Source: a virus. From it: a DNA stretch of 64,000 nt. Where the stretch lies: IMG/VR virus record IMGVR_UViG_3300045988_149624; one strand, given 5' to 3'. The position numbers and the translations under genes are program-made. Numbering within the stretch: position 1 is the stretch's first letter; every line of letters begins with the position of its first letter. Shown here piece by piece: positions 1-10,500 of this stretch. The notes beneath the pieces are model-generated. The model saw only the letters and a list, made by a program, of their open reading frames with translations. It was not told the DNA's origin and ran no database searches.

Positions 1-2
1 AC

Positions 3-227
3 GATATAATTAATACTATAGAAATCAATGATATGACTTTAAAGCTACAACTAAATGAACCTGTGTCTGTAGATAATAAAATGCTTACAGTCTTAAATGC
101 TAATGGCGAAAATAGGTTATCTTATTGTAATAGAAAATGGATTAAATTATTACCCGGAAGTAATAATTTAAAATTATATGGTTATGGTAAGGTTAAAATA
201 AAAGCAGAATTTCCAGTAATATTATAG
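3..227 (+). CDS. C-terminal end of a tail structural protein whose gene starts upstream of the window (distal-tail-protein-like by position)
   Basis: Frame 3 is open from nt 3 to TAG 225-227, so the listed 64-aa ORF is only the tail of a longer gene. It directly abuts a Tal-like gene, the usual Dit-Tal order in siphophages of Firmicutes. Function is assigned by position only. Confidence 0.4.
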   Translation, partial: DIINTIEINDMTLKLQLNEPVSVDNKMLTVLNANGENRLSYCNRKWIKLLPGSNNLKLYGYGKVKIKAEFPVIL

Positions 228-236
228 GTGATGAAT

Positions 237-1961
237 ATGGGTATAATTTTAAAAGAAATGAAACAAGGATACACTGATTTACTACTGCACAAAACTAATA
301 AAGAGATAATATGTGCTATGCCTATTGATTTTTTATCGAGTGTCACAAGAGGAATTAAAGATATTGATTCAATAACAATTATAGTTAATAAAATTATAGA
401 TAATAATAAAGAATATCCTTTTTATGACGAGTTTAAAATTGAAAGACTTATATCTTTAGATGGAGAATTTTTTATAATTAAAGAATGTACAGAGAATAAA
501 GATGAAAAATCTAAGACAATTAAAGCATATGGATTCCAAAAAAAATTAGAGAAAAATAATATTGTTTTAACTAATATAGGAATAATGCTTAATAATTCAG
601 ACTACTCTGATGGGGATAATATAATTATTAATTTAAATGAATATATGTATCAAGAAACAGGGTGGAAATTTGGTCATATAGACGAAGAAGTTTTGTATTC
701 AAATTACACAAAAGGTAGCACTTATTTAATGGATAAGGCAGGAAATTATATTTTAACAAAAAGTGCAGAATTAATAGAGATAAAACAACACTTTGAACCA
801 CGCATGAGATGGTTAGAAGATATAGATACTGATTGGTTTACTTTTATATCTGAAAATATATCAGAAGAATTTGAATGCGTTCCTGTATTTGATAATACAA
901 AACAAGAGATTAATTTATATTACATAGATAATTTTGGAGACAACCTAGGATTAATATTATCTTATGATAATTATATTAAAAGCTTAGAAGTTACTGATAA
1001 TTCTTCTGACATAGTCACAAGACTTACATTAATAGGGAACGAAGACAAATGTATAGTTAGTGATTATATCCCTACTGGGAAAAATTATATAGAAAATTAT
1101 TCTTATTTTATTAAAAATAAAGAAATGAGTGATGAGCTAATTGCCGCATTACAAAAACATGATTCTATACTTTCTTCCACAAGTCTTCAATTAAGAGATT
1201 TAAGAACAGAAAGAAATGAAGTAGATAGTCAATTAACAGATTATAAAAATCAATGGTTTTTCTATATAGAATACAATAAACAATTAAAAGAAATAGAATC
1301 AAATTATAAAACCGCAGGCAATACAGAAAGAGCAATGGAAGTAGCTCTTCAATTAAACGAGGGCATGGATAAAGAAGCTGTTTATATGGCAAATACAATA
1401 AAATGTGAAAAAAGATTAGAAGAAATAAAAGAAGAGATAAAACAATTAGGACTTCAATGTAATAGAGAAAGTTGTGTAATAGATGGAAAAAGATTATTTA
1501 GCGATAAATTATTAGATGAATTAAAGAACTTTATATATCATGATACATATTCTAATGATGCATTTTATGATGCTCAAGAAATAATATCTTGTGGAAAAAG
1601 AGAACTTGAGATGAGATGTTGTCCTACAAGAGATATATCTATAGATATAGAAAGTTTTTTAGACAGACTTATAGATAATGAATTCAGACAACATTGGAAC
1701 GGAGTTCTAGGGTTAGGAGATATAATTGCAATATATGACAGAGACAAAGAATTAGAGGAATGGTTTTATTTAGTTGGATATGATTATTCTTTGAAAGAAG
1801 GAACATTACAAATTAGGTTATCTAATAAAAAATTAGAAAGTAATACTAAAAAAGTTATTTTAGATGTATTGAAGAATGCAAAACAAAATAATAAACAAAT
1901 GTTAAAAAATAGAAGATTATGGACTCTATTAAAAGAAAATAAAATTAACATTGACGAATAG
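237..1961 (+). CDS. tail-associated (Tal-like) minor structural protein with coiled-coil segment
   Basis: Long ORF. ATG 237 is preferred over GTG 228 because AGGTGA lies 5 nt upstream. Its size, its position after the Dit-like gene and a heptad-rich segment (about aa 300-420) fit a baseplate hub protein. No catalytic motif was recognised. Confidence 0.5.
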   Translation: MGIILKEMKQGYTDLLLHKTNKEIICAMPIDFLSSVTRGIKDIDSITIIVNKIIDNNKEYPFYDEFKIERLISLDGEFFIIKECTENKDEKSKTIKAYGFQKKLEKNNIVLTNIGIMLNNSDYSDGDNIIINLNEYMYQETGWKFGHIDEEVLYSNYTKGSTYLMDKAGNYILTKSAELIEIKQHFEPRMRWLEDIDTDWFTFISENISEEFECVPVFDNTKQEINLYYIDNFGDNLGLILSYDNYIKSLEVTDNSSDIVTRLTLIGNEDKCIVSDYIPTGKNYIENYSYFIKNKEMSDELIAALQKHDSILSSTSLQLRDLRTERNEVDSQLTDYKNQWFFYIEYNKQLKEIESNYKTAGNTERAMEVALQLNEGMDKEAVYMANTIKCEKRLEEIKEEIKQLGLQCNRESCVIDGKRLFSDKLLDELKNFIYHDTYSNDAFYDAQEIISCGKRELEMRCCPTRDISIDIESFLDRLIDNEFRQHWNGVLGLGDIIAIYDRDKELEEWFYLVGYDYSLKEGTLQIRLSNKKLESNTKKVILDVLKNAKQNNKQMLKNRRLWTLLKENKINIDE

Positions 1962-1973
1962 GACGGTGAGTAT

Positions 1974-4900
1974 ATGGCTTGTTTATCTAATACTCCTTCC
2001 TTTACTTATGTAAGTGTTCAAAACATGGTAATAGGATATAGAAATATATATTATAATATTAAAAATATGTATAGTAGTGATAAATATTTTTATTGGGATA
2101 AAAATGAATCCCCTTTTGAACTTATAACATCTAACACTACATTAGAAAGTAAAGAAGGATTATTTTTAATAGTAGTAAATAATAAGGGAACGTTTATACT
2201 CCCAAATCAAACAGAAATAACAATAAATTTTGATAATACTTCCGGAACTGATAGTAGTTCTAATTTACTCAATATGGTTGAAAAAATAAGCGATATAGAG
2301 AAAAAATATACCAACATTACTCAAACAGTAGATGGAATAACTAAAGTGGTAGGAATATTAAGAGATGATTTAAAAGGTAGTGCTGATATATATGCGAAAA
2401 TACAACAAACAGCAAAACAAATAGAATTATTAGTTCAAGAAGTAAATAAAGGATATTCTGACACTAATATAGAAAACGATTTAAGACAAAAAATAATCTC
2501 ATATACTATAAAAATGAATACTATGTTTTCAGATTTCATTACAACAATGAGAAATGTATTTGCTGATAGCTTTGTATCAGGGGAAGAAAATTATCAGTTG
2601 ATTAATGAAATGAATAAATTAGATACAGAAATGAAAGAATATTTTAATTATATAGATGAATTAATAGATGTTATGAGTCAAAAAAAAGAAACAGAAAATG
2701 CTAATTTATTAAAAAGCCAAAAAGAGGCATTAGAAGGTGCTTTTAATAATTTTCAAATGACACTTTGGGATTCTACAGAAGACCGAGCAGTAACTCCTAG
2801 TGAAACTTCTATCCTTATTGGATTTGCAACAACTTGTCAGGCTAGACTAGATGACTTAAAGAAAACTTGTGATGATTTCTTATTTATAGGTATCGGTGGT
2901 GCTATTTATGAAGAAATTGCAAAATTAAATGTAGAAAAAAATAGAATAATAATGTCTTTAAATGCAATAACAACTACAATGAAAAGTTCTTTGAGTTTAG
3001 AAAAATCAGAACTTCAAGCACAATATGATGATATATTGGCTCAATTAAATCTACTTGAAAATTGGATTAAAGAAGCTTCAGAAGACGGAACTATTACAGT
3101 TATAGAAAGAAATATTTTAAAGGAAAGAATGACTAATTTAGAAAATGAAAGTAATGATTTAGTAGAAAAATATGAAGAATATTTAGAAACTTTAAGTTTA
3201 GACGAAGATGAATTTTCTGAAATGAGGTCGCAATTCCTAGAGTATTCTAATAATTATAATTCTCTGGTAGAAAATATTAATCAAGTAACTAAAGACAATT
3301 ATTTTAATGAAGCAGAAAAGGCTCAAGTAATTACTGCCTTAGAAGAATATAGGGTTACAGTAAATAAATTTTTTAAATATTTAGGGTCAAAATTAGCTAA
3401 ATCAGAAGACAACAGATACTCCGAAGAAATAGAAAATGCCAAGGGTGAAGTAGCACTTCAAATACAAAATGTTTCAGATGCATTAGATAATTTAGATGTT
3501 AATATAGACGAAACTTTTAAAAATAATATAATAGATAAAGTAGAAAGAGCAGCTATCGAAACGAATTTAAGCTCATTATCTTTCCAAAAAGAAGAGGTAG
3601 ATAGCCAATATAATAGAATTATATTAAAAGCAAGTATGAGCGATACAACTTTAGCAGAAAGAAAAAATTTAGATGAAAAATATAACGCTTTCGTAAATGC
3701 TTATACTTCTATAGTAAATGAGGTTACCAGAATTTTAAATAAAAAAGATTTAGTGTCTGATGAAGATAAAGCTTCTATGGATTCTTTATACAATGTAGTG
3801 CGAGAAGCTATTAGTAATTATACAACTGCGGCAAATGGTGCTTTAATTTATATTTCTGAAAATGAAGCAAAAGTTATAAACACAACATTAGCTAAAGACA
3901 TTGAAAATTTAAAAACTAGAGTTGACAATATAGAAGTTGGATATGATGATACATTTGCGAATAATGTAATAGATAAAGCAGAGAGAAAAGAAATTAAATC
4001 AAAAAGAAATATATTAGATGTTCAAAATGCGGATATAAAAGCACAATATAATACACTTAGCTCTTCGACATATATTACTCCCGAAGATAAAACAAATTTA
4101 ACTAATTCGTATAATGCATATACAAATAAATATGCAATCTTAAATAAAGCAATAGACGATGCATTAAATAAAACTACTTTACTTGATGACCCAGACGTAG
4201 AAAAAATAGATAATGCTATGAAAGAATTTAGTAATTCCTTATCTGATTTTATTGCGGTTGCAAATAAAGTGATAGAAAATATAGCCAATGAGCAAACAAA
4301 AAAATACACTTCTAGTTTCAATACTAGAATTACAAAATTAGAAGATAGTTTAAATAATATAGATACTGTGATAGATGCAACTCTTTCAGATAGTATAGTC
4401 AGTAAAGCAGAAAGAAAAACTTTAAAAGCAGCTTTAAAAGCTTTAGAAACATCAAAACTCAATGTAGATAACCAATATAAAGAATTATATAAAAATAAAA
4501 AATTATCTGCATCTGTTAAATCAAAATATAAAAAAGCTTATAATAATTATATTACTTCTTATAACGCTTATGTGAAAAGTATAAACAATATTATAAATAC
4601 GAGTGGAACAATAGATAATTCTTTAAAAGAAATATATGAAAGAGCTTATGAAACATATAAAACTAACTTAGATGCTTTTTCAAAACAACATCAACTAGCA
4701 GTAGATGATGTTACTAATAATATATCTAGTGAAATGAAAGCTGATATGACTAAGGAAACAAGAGAAGTTATGGAAGCTCTAAAAACATTAGATAGTAGTA
4801 TGGAAGATATATTTAATGATTCTAGGTTAACAGATGCTGAAAAGGCAACAATAAGAAGTTATTTAAATGCTTTTAAGGCAAAAAAAGAAACCATTGATAC

Positions 4901-7382
4901 AAAATATAATAGCATTTTAAATGATTTAACAACTCAAACTAGTAAAACTCGTTTAACTAATGCATATAATGATTATAACACTGCATATAACTCTTTATAT
5001 AATGCTGTAGATACATTATTAAACAGAACAGATATGCTTAGTGATGATGATAGAAATATTTTAGATGGTTATATATCTGCACATAACAGTGCTTTAGAAA
5101 AATATAGTTTAGTGTATAAAGATATGGTTGATGAAAGCACTAGAAACTTTGTAGAAAAAACAAAAGAAGAATTAGAGAATAGTTTAAATAGTATTAATAA
5201 AACAATATCTGACTTACAAACAAATTTAGATGGCGTTTTTAGAGATGGGATATTAACAGAAGCAGAAAAAAATTCTATTAAACAAGCTCTTCAAATTCTT
5301 CAAAATGAAAAAACAAAAATGAAAGCAGACTATCTTTCTATTTATTCAAATAATGATTTGGTAGATAAAAATTCTAATGACCAACCTAAAACAGACTTAA
5401 AAAACGCTTATGATAGTTATGAATCTGCTCATACTAACTTAGTTAATGTTATAAATGAAATGCTTAATAAAGACGGAATAATAGATAGTAATGATAAACA
5501 AAAATTAGACGATGCGTTTGCTGATTATAGAAGTAGACTACAAAGTCTTAAAATATATATTAACTTTGCGATAGATGCTATATCAGGGAAAAAAGTAGAC
5601 GATGAACGTAGTGAGAGAATAGAACAATATCAAAGAATAGAAGTTTTAGTCGGAGAAATTAAAACTACTGTTGGTAAAACAACGGAAGATTTAAATACTT
5701 TAAAAACGATAACAGGAGAGTCTTTTCAAAGTATAAAACCAGAGGGAATAGTAAATGTCGTTAAAGAATCAACGGAGCAAGATGGGACTAAAACATTTGC
5801 AAGACAATCAGAAGTAACACAAACAGTAAATTCGTTAAAATATGAATTCTCTAGTATGAATAATAAAATAGAAAATAATATTACTGTAATCTCCGAAGAA
5901 GGGGTTACAGTTAAAATGTATGATGATTCTTCTTTTGATGAGAATGGAAAGGTTATAAGTGGTTCTACTCCTGTTGCTACTACAAATATAAATGGACAAG
6001 GAATGTATATATATAAGAATGATGATGGTTCTCCTATAGCTTATTTTACTATGAATGGATGCTATGTGGCTAACTTAAAAACAGACGGCATGACTGGGTC
6101 AGACTTTGTAATGTCAACAGAAAACAAAGGTCTCCCTACAACTTGGTATGTTGCCCCTAATGAGACTGGTGATGGAACAGGAAGAAATTCTAGTAATAAA
6201 GCCAGTACAGTCAATAGGGTTATTAATGAAATTAAAGATAGATATGGAACATATTTTGATGACGAGGATATAACTATAAACGTATCTTATGGAGAATATA
6301 ATGAAGAAATTGCAATTAATGGGTTTTTAGGAAGTGGAAATTTAAATGTAGTGTTTGATACTTCTGCTGTATTATATGGACAAATTCAGGTAGAAAATAA
6401 TACAGTTGATGTTTCTTTAAATGGACAAAAAACAAATTCTTCTACATCAGGTGCGACAATTTATTCTTATCAATCAAAATCACAAGATGCAATAGTGGTA
6501 AAAAATTCATATTGCTCAATAAATGGATTTAAAGCTAAAAATATATCTAGTAGTGGTACAACTTATTACGGGGCTTTTGCTAGATTTACAAGTGGAGCAA
6601 GAGGTGGCGTAGGAAATTGCGATGTTATATATTATGAAACTCCGATTAAAAGTGAGTATGGCTCACAGGTAGGATTTTGGAATGTAAAAGGTAAGACAAA
6701 ATACAGAAGAGCAGTTGAAAATGGTGGAATTATTATATCAGGTGGGACTATACCTGAAACTACTAGCTCACAAGATGATATTAATAGAGGTCTTATTCAT
6801 CAATCCGGAACATTAAAAGAAACTACTACTATGGGATGGTATAGCAGTAGTGGTAGTGGTGGTAGTGGAGGACAAGACGGGTCTTCATCAAATACTCAAA
6901 CTATTACAAAAACATTTAGTTTAATTAATTTAAGAAGTATTCCTGAAGGAAGTGGTAGTGCTACTTCAGGATTTAAAGGAAAAATGGCTCAAGGTAAATA
7001 TGGTTCTTATAAACTTCATAGGGGTAAAGCTGATTTACCTACGTCTGCTTTAAGTTTTATTAAATCTGCATCTTCTATTACATCTGTATCAATAACTTGT
7101 CATAGATTGAATACAAGTCACGGATATGCTGGAGCAATCCCATATCCAAGATTAAGATTTAAAAATACAAGCACAGGGTCTTATTCAAGTTACTATACTG
7201 ATAGTAGTATTAAATTTGCTAGAGGGGACACTAAAACGATTCCTATTAATGATAGTTCTATTAGAACATTCTTACTAAACGGAGGAGACGAATTACAATT
7301 CTATGTTGAAAGTGGTGGAAATCCTACACAACAATATTCTCATTACGATAATGTAAAAATAAAAATAACTATTAAAAAATAA
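1974..7382 (+). CDS. 1802-aa repeat-rich tail fibre/structural protein with C-terminal beta-helix-like domain
   Basis: RBS GACGGTGAG is present. Six tandem ~142-146-aa units begin near nt 3081, 3507, 3945, 4374, 4803 and 5229, each containing D-x-(T/I/V)-(F/L)-x-(D/N)-x3-(D/S/T)-K/E-A/V-E-R/K followed by Y-N/K-x-(I/L). The C-terminal part has WYVAPNETGDGTGRN...INVSYGEYNEEIAING, like the N-cap of right-handed beta-helix proteins. A Gly/Ser linker SGSGGSGGQDGSSS is also present. Confidence 0.65.
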   Translation: MACLSNTPSFTYVSVQNMVIGYRNIYYNIKNMYSSDKYFYWDKNESPFELITSNTTLESKEGLFLIVVNNKGTFILPNQTEITINFDNTSGTDSSSNLLNMVEKISDIEKKYTNITQTVDGITKVVGILRDDLKGSADIYAKIQQTAKQIELLVQEVNKGYSDTNIENDLRQKIISYTIKMNTMFSDFITTMRNVFADSFVSGEENYQLINEMNKLDTEMKEYFNYIDELIDVMSQKKETENANLLKSQKEALEGAFNNFQMTLWDSTEDRAVTPSETSILIGFATTCQARLDDLKKTCDDFLFIGIGGAIYEEIAKLNVEKNRIIMSLNAITTTMKSSLSLEKSELQAQYDDILAQLNLLENWIKEASEDGTITVIERNILKERMTNLENESNDLVEKYEEYLETLSLDEDEFSEMRSQFLEYSNNYNSLVENINQVTKDNYFNEAEKAQVITALEEYRVTVNKFFKYLGSKLAKSEDNRYSEEIENAKGEVALQIQNVSDALDNLDVNIDETFKNNIIDKVERAAIETNLSSLSFQKEEVDSQYNRIILKASMSDTTLAERKNLDEKYNAFVNAYTSIVNEVTRILNKKDLVSDEDKASMDSLYNVVREAISNYTTAANGALIYISENEAKVINTTLAKDIENLKTRVDNIEVGYDDTFANNVIDKAERKEIKSKRNILDVQNADIKAQYNTLSSSTYITPEDKTNLTNSYNAYTNKYAILNKAIDDALNKTTLLDDPDVEKIDNAMKEFSNSLSDFIAVANKVIENIANEQTKKYTSSFNTRITKLEDSLNNIDTVIDATLSDSIVSKAERKTLKAALKALETSKLNVDNQYKELYKNKKLSASVKSKYKKAYNNYITSYNAYVKSINNIINTSGTIDNSLKEIYERAYETYKTNLDAFSKQHQLAVDDVTNNISSEMKADMTKETREVMEALKTLDSSMEDIFNDSRLTDAEKATIRSYLNAFKAKKETIDTKYNSILNDLTTQTSKTRLTNAYNDYNTAYNSLYNAVDTLLNRTDMLSDDDRNILDGYISAHNSALEKYSLVYKDMVDESTRNFVEKTKEELENSLNSINKTISDLQTNLDGVFRDGILTEAEKNSIKQALQILQNEKTKMKADYLSIYSNNDLVDKNSNDQPKTDLKNAYDSYESAHTNLVNVINEMLNKDGIIDSNDKQKLDDAFADYRSRLQSLKIYINFAIDAISGKKVDDERSERIEQYQRIEVLVGEIKTTVGKTTEDLNTLKTITGESFQSIKPEGIVNVVKESTEQDGTKTFARQSEVTQTVNSLKYEFSSMNNKIENNITVISEEGVTVKMYDDSSFDENGKVISGSTPVATTNINGQGMYIYKNDDGSPIAYFTMNGCYVANLKTDGMTGSDFVMSTENKGLPTTWYVAPNETGDGTGRNSSNKASTVNRVINEIKDRYGTYFDDEDITINVSYGEYNEEIAINGFLGSGNLNVVFDTSAVLYGQIQVENNTVDVSLNGQKTNSSTSGATIYSYQSKSQDAIVVKNSYCSINGFKAKNISSSGTTYYGAFARFTSGARGGVGNCDVIYYETPIKSEYGSQVGFWNVKGKTKYRRAVENGGIIISGGTIPETTSSQDDINRGLIHQSGTLKETTTMGWYSSSGSGGSGGQDGSSSNTQTITKTFSLINLRSIPEGSGSATSGFKGKMAQGKYGSYKLHRGKADLPTSALSFIKSASSITSVSITCHRLNTSHGYAGAIPYPRLRFKNTSTGSYSSYYTDSSIKFARGDTKTIPINDSSIRTFLLNGGDELQFYVESGGNPTQQYSHYDNVKIKITIKK

Positions 7383-7396
7383 GGGAGAGGATTTTA

Positions 7397-7570
7397 ATGG
7401 ATAAAAAACAAGTTAAACCAGAATTTGTCTATGTTGTGGCTATGGAAAGAGTTTTGGAATTACAACAAAACATACTTCTAAAAGAAGCATTAATTAGGCA
7501 ACAAGAAAAGGAAATAGAAAAATTAACAACGTTATTAAATAAAGCGTTAAATGATTCGGAGGTGGAATAA
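7397..7570 (+). CDS. small 57-aa coiled-coil protein (below the ORF-track cutoff)
   Basis: The ATG is preceded by AAGGGAGAGG at 7 nt. It translates as MDKKQVKPEFVYVVAMERVLELQQNILLKEALIRQQEKEIEKLTTLLNKALNDSEVE. Its TAA overlaps the next ATG (TAATG), suggesting translational coupling. Confidence 0.5.
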   Translation: MDKKQVKPEFVYVVAMERVLELQQNILLKEALIRQQEKEIEKLTTLLNKALNDSEVE

Positions 7571-10500
7571 TGGCTTTTATTGAAGATTTAACGGAAAAAA
7601 GTATTCCGAGTGATTCTGATTATCTTATAGTTGAAGATAGTGAGAGTACTAAAAAAATACAATTTAGAAATTTGGCTAAAAAAACACCAATTGATATAAA
7701 AGTAAATGGGAACAATAAAATTTACCTTATTTCATCAGATGGTACACAAATCGGAGATGGAGCAGTTTTATCTATCTCCGATGAAAAAGCAAAACAAATA
7801 GAAATGGTTTTTGACGGAGTATGGGTAAAATGGAGATACCAAGGAGATACCTCTTGGAAAAACTTATTTTCAGTGGCAGAAATAGGTGGTTCAGGTGGTG
7901 GAAGTGGCGGTAGTTCAGGTTCAGGTGGCGGAAATACTGATGTTAATTTTACAATAGGCACTGTTACAACTCTACCAACAGGAAGTGACGCTACGGCAGT
8001 TATAGAAGAGCCAACAGATAACAACTTTATTTTAAGCTTAGGATTGCCTAGAGGTGAAGCAGTTACTGTAGATGGAGAAGGAGTAGATATTACAAATCAG
8101 ATTAAAACAAACACCGATAAAACTTCTTCTAAAGTTTCTGTAATAGTTAGAACAAATAATAGATACGTGTATGGAACATTAAATTCGCTTACATTGTTAA
8201 CAAATACGGCAGAAGCCTCTTTGCCTAATTATAATGTTACGGTATCTTTTAGAACTCAAGATAATACTCCTATAAAATTTTCACAATCTAATAATCTTTA
8301 TATGGTTGGAGACGATTGCCTATTTGGAGCATTAATACCTAGAGTATCAACAGATTATAGGATAGAAATTACTTATGGTGGAACAAGACTACTAGGGAAA
8401 GTTTATGGTGCTAATTATGGATATGTAGCTAATTTATCTAACTTTTCTGGTGGGGCAAATATTTCAGCCGTAGCAAAAACATATTTTGATGCATCTTCTG
8501 ATTTTTGTTATGGGTCAACTACAATATTATCTGGTAACGCTACTTCAAAATCAAGCGTAACAGATTCTAGTGGGAAATATTATATTGATTGTTCTACTCT
8601 TACTTCACTAGCTTATAGAGGAATAACTTATTCCGATTCAAAATATAGTGATTGGTCAAAAACTAACTCTGCGAGAACATCTAAATACTCTTACGCTATA
8701 GAATTACCTAGAACCTCAGCAGAACAAGCTAGATATTGTATTGAAAAAGGATGGATTTTACCTAAAGAATATTGGGGAGAAAACTTCTCCAACTTACAAG
8801 CAGGAGATTTAATATTCTATTCTGAAAGACCTGTTAGTAAAGCTAGTACATGGGGAACAAGATTTATGAGAGCAGGGCACGTAGCTTTAGTATCAGGGGT
8901 AGAAGGAGGTACTGTTTATGTATATGAATCAACAAGTAGTTCTTCTGTTGACGGACTAAGAAAAATAAACATACTAGATAATACCCCTGAAAAAATAAGT
9001 ATAATTGCTAGACCGCAGTTAACAGTAGGTTCTTCTGGAGGACAAGACGGTTGGGATATTGAGGATGACCCTTCTGAAAATATGTTAGAAAATGGTGGGA
9101 TATCTACTTCTACAGGAAATAATATAGCTTCTTCTATTTATGTTAGAAATAGAGGATATATTAATTTAGGAAATGTAAAAGGTGTAAAGCTATCTGTCTC
9201 TAATAAAAATATGGTAATAGCTAATGTTTATTATTATAATTCAAACAATAGCTTAGTGTCTTATCAAAATGTGGGTGATACTTCTTATAATGGAACAGTA
9301 CCATCAGGTGCTACTAAGATTAGATTTACTTTTAGAAAAACAGATAATAGTACTATAAATTATTATGAGGTAGATTATGATATTACTTATACTATGAATG
9401 AAAACGTAGATGTTAAACCAACTCCTTCTATTATGGGATTTAGAGATTTTCCAAGAGTAACAGGAAAAATAACTAACCAATATGAACTTGTAGCAAAATT
9501 AAATGAACTAATTGAAGATTACAATACAATGTATGTTTATGGAGCAATAGGACAACATTTAACTGCTTCATTAATTTCTGACAGAGCAAAGGCTTATCCT
9601 AATTTTTATACCTCTTCAAGACTAAGAGTATACGAAAAGGCTATATCAAGCGGAAAATATATTTGGGGATTTGACTGTGTAAACGTTATAAAATCTGTCC
9701 TTTGGGGTTGGAATGGAGATAAAAGTAAGTCTTATGGTGGAGCGGTTTATGGTAGTAACGGAGTTTCTGATGTAAGTGCAGATGGATGTATTAAAATTTG
9801 TAAAAACGTAAAAAGTTATTATGGCTCAAATGACAATGTAGACCCTTGGGATGATATACAAATAGGAGAAGCAGTTTGGACGAATGGACATATAGGAGTC
9901 TATGTAGGAGAAGGTTTAGCAATAGAATGTACTCCTAAATGGGATAATAAACTCCAAATAACAGGCATAGGGAATAAACCTTTTAATAAAGCTTATGATG
10001 GCAAAAAAAGAACATGGAAAAAACATGGTAAATTACCTTGGATTACTTATCTTGATAAATGTCCTTGGGGAGAAACATCAGGAGATAATCAGGTTTCCGA
10101 ATTTAAAAGTAAAACATATAATGCGAGTATATCTACATATTATCCTACTGCAACTTCAACAGATACAACTTCTAAATCAGGGGCAAAAAAAATTCTTACC
10201 GATTTAAACATGGGGAAAGGATTAACTTATTCAAATTATAAAAATGCTATAAAATGGCAGTCTTTAGTTGATGAAATTGCTCCTAAATTTGGAGTAGACC
10301 CTGCTGTAGCAATAATGATAATTGCTGCAGAAAGTGGAGGAGACCCTAATCAAAAAACTGGTTCAAATGGTGGTTATGGGTTAATGCAATGTGAGAGAAG
10401 TGTATATATAAAAGGATTTAAAAACCCAAATACAGGTAAAACAAATTCCGGAGTACATACTATAAAATATTTAGATGGAACAACTAAAAGGGTAACGTTA

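Noticed and set aside
1165-1398. Antisense ORFs embedded in long plus-strand genes: 1165-1398, 4022-4462, 7722-8024, 10905-11198, 11835-12083, 12844-13044, 14707-14910, 20368-20592, 20529-20765, 23755-23958, 29925-30140, 30151-30342, 30496-30798, 33718-33954, 35615-35830 and 40432-40647.
   Set aside because: Each lies wholly inside, or mostly overlaps, a much longer ORF with a good RBS on the other strand. Their products are low-complexity, Leu/Ile/Phe/Ser-rich sequences typical of antisense frames in AT-rich DNA. None has an SD sequence.
7885-7935. Gly/Ser-rich tracts considered as collagen-like repeats or slippage-prone sequence: GGSGGGSGGSSGSGGGN here, SGSGGSGGQDG at about 6845-6885, SSGGQDG at about 9030-9050 and GGGGGG at about 19140-19160.
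   Set aside because: They are too short and show no G-X-Y periodicity. They look like flexible interdomain linkers, and their codons are mixed so the DNA is not a homopolymer.
9995-10207. Same-strand alternative-frame ORFs at 9995-10207, 28962-29204 and 35139-35324.
   Set aside because: They are embedded out of frame in long genes whose main frame carries recognisable domains. I see no RBS and no slippery site suggesting a programmed frameshift.
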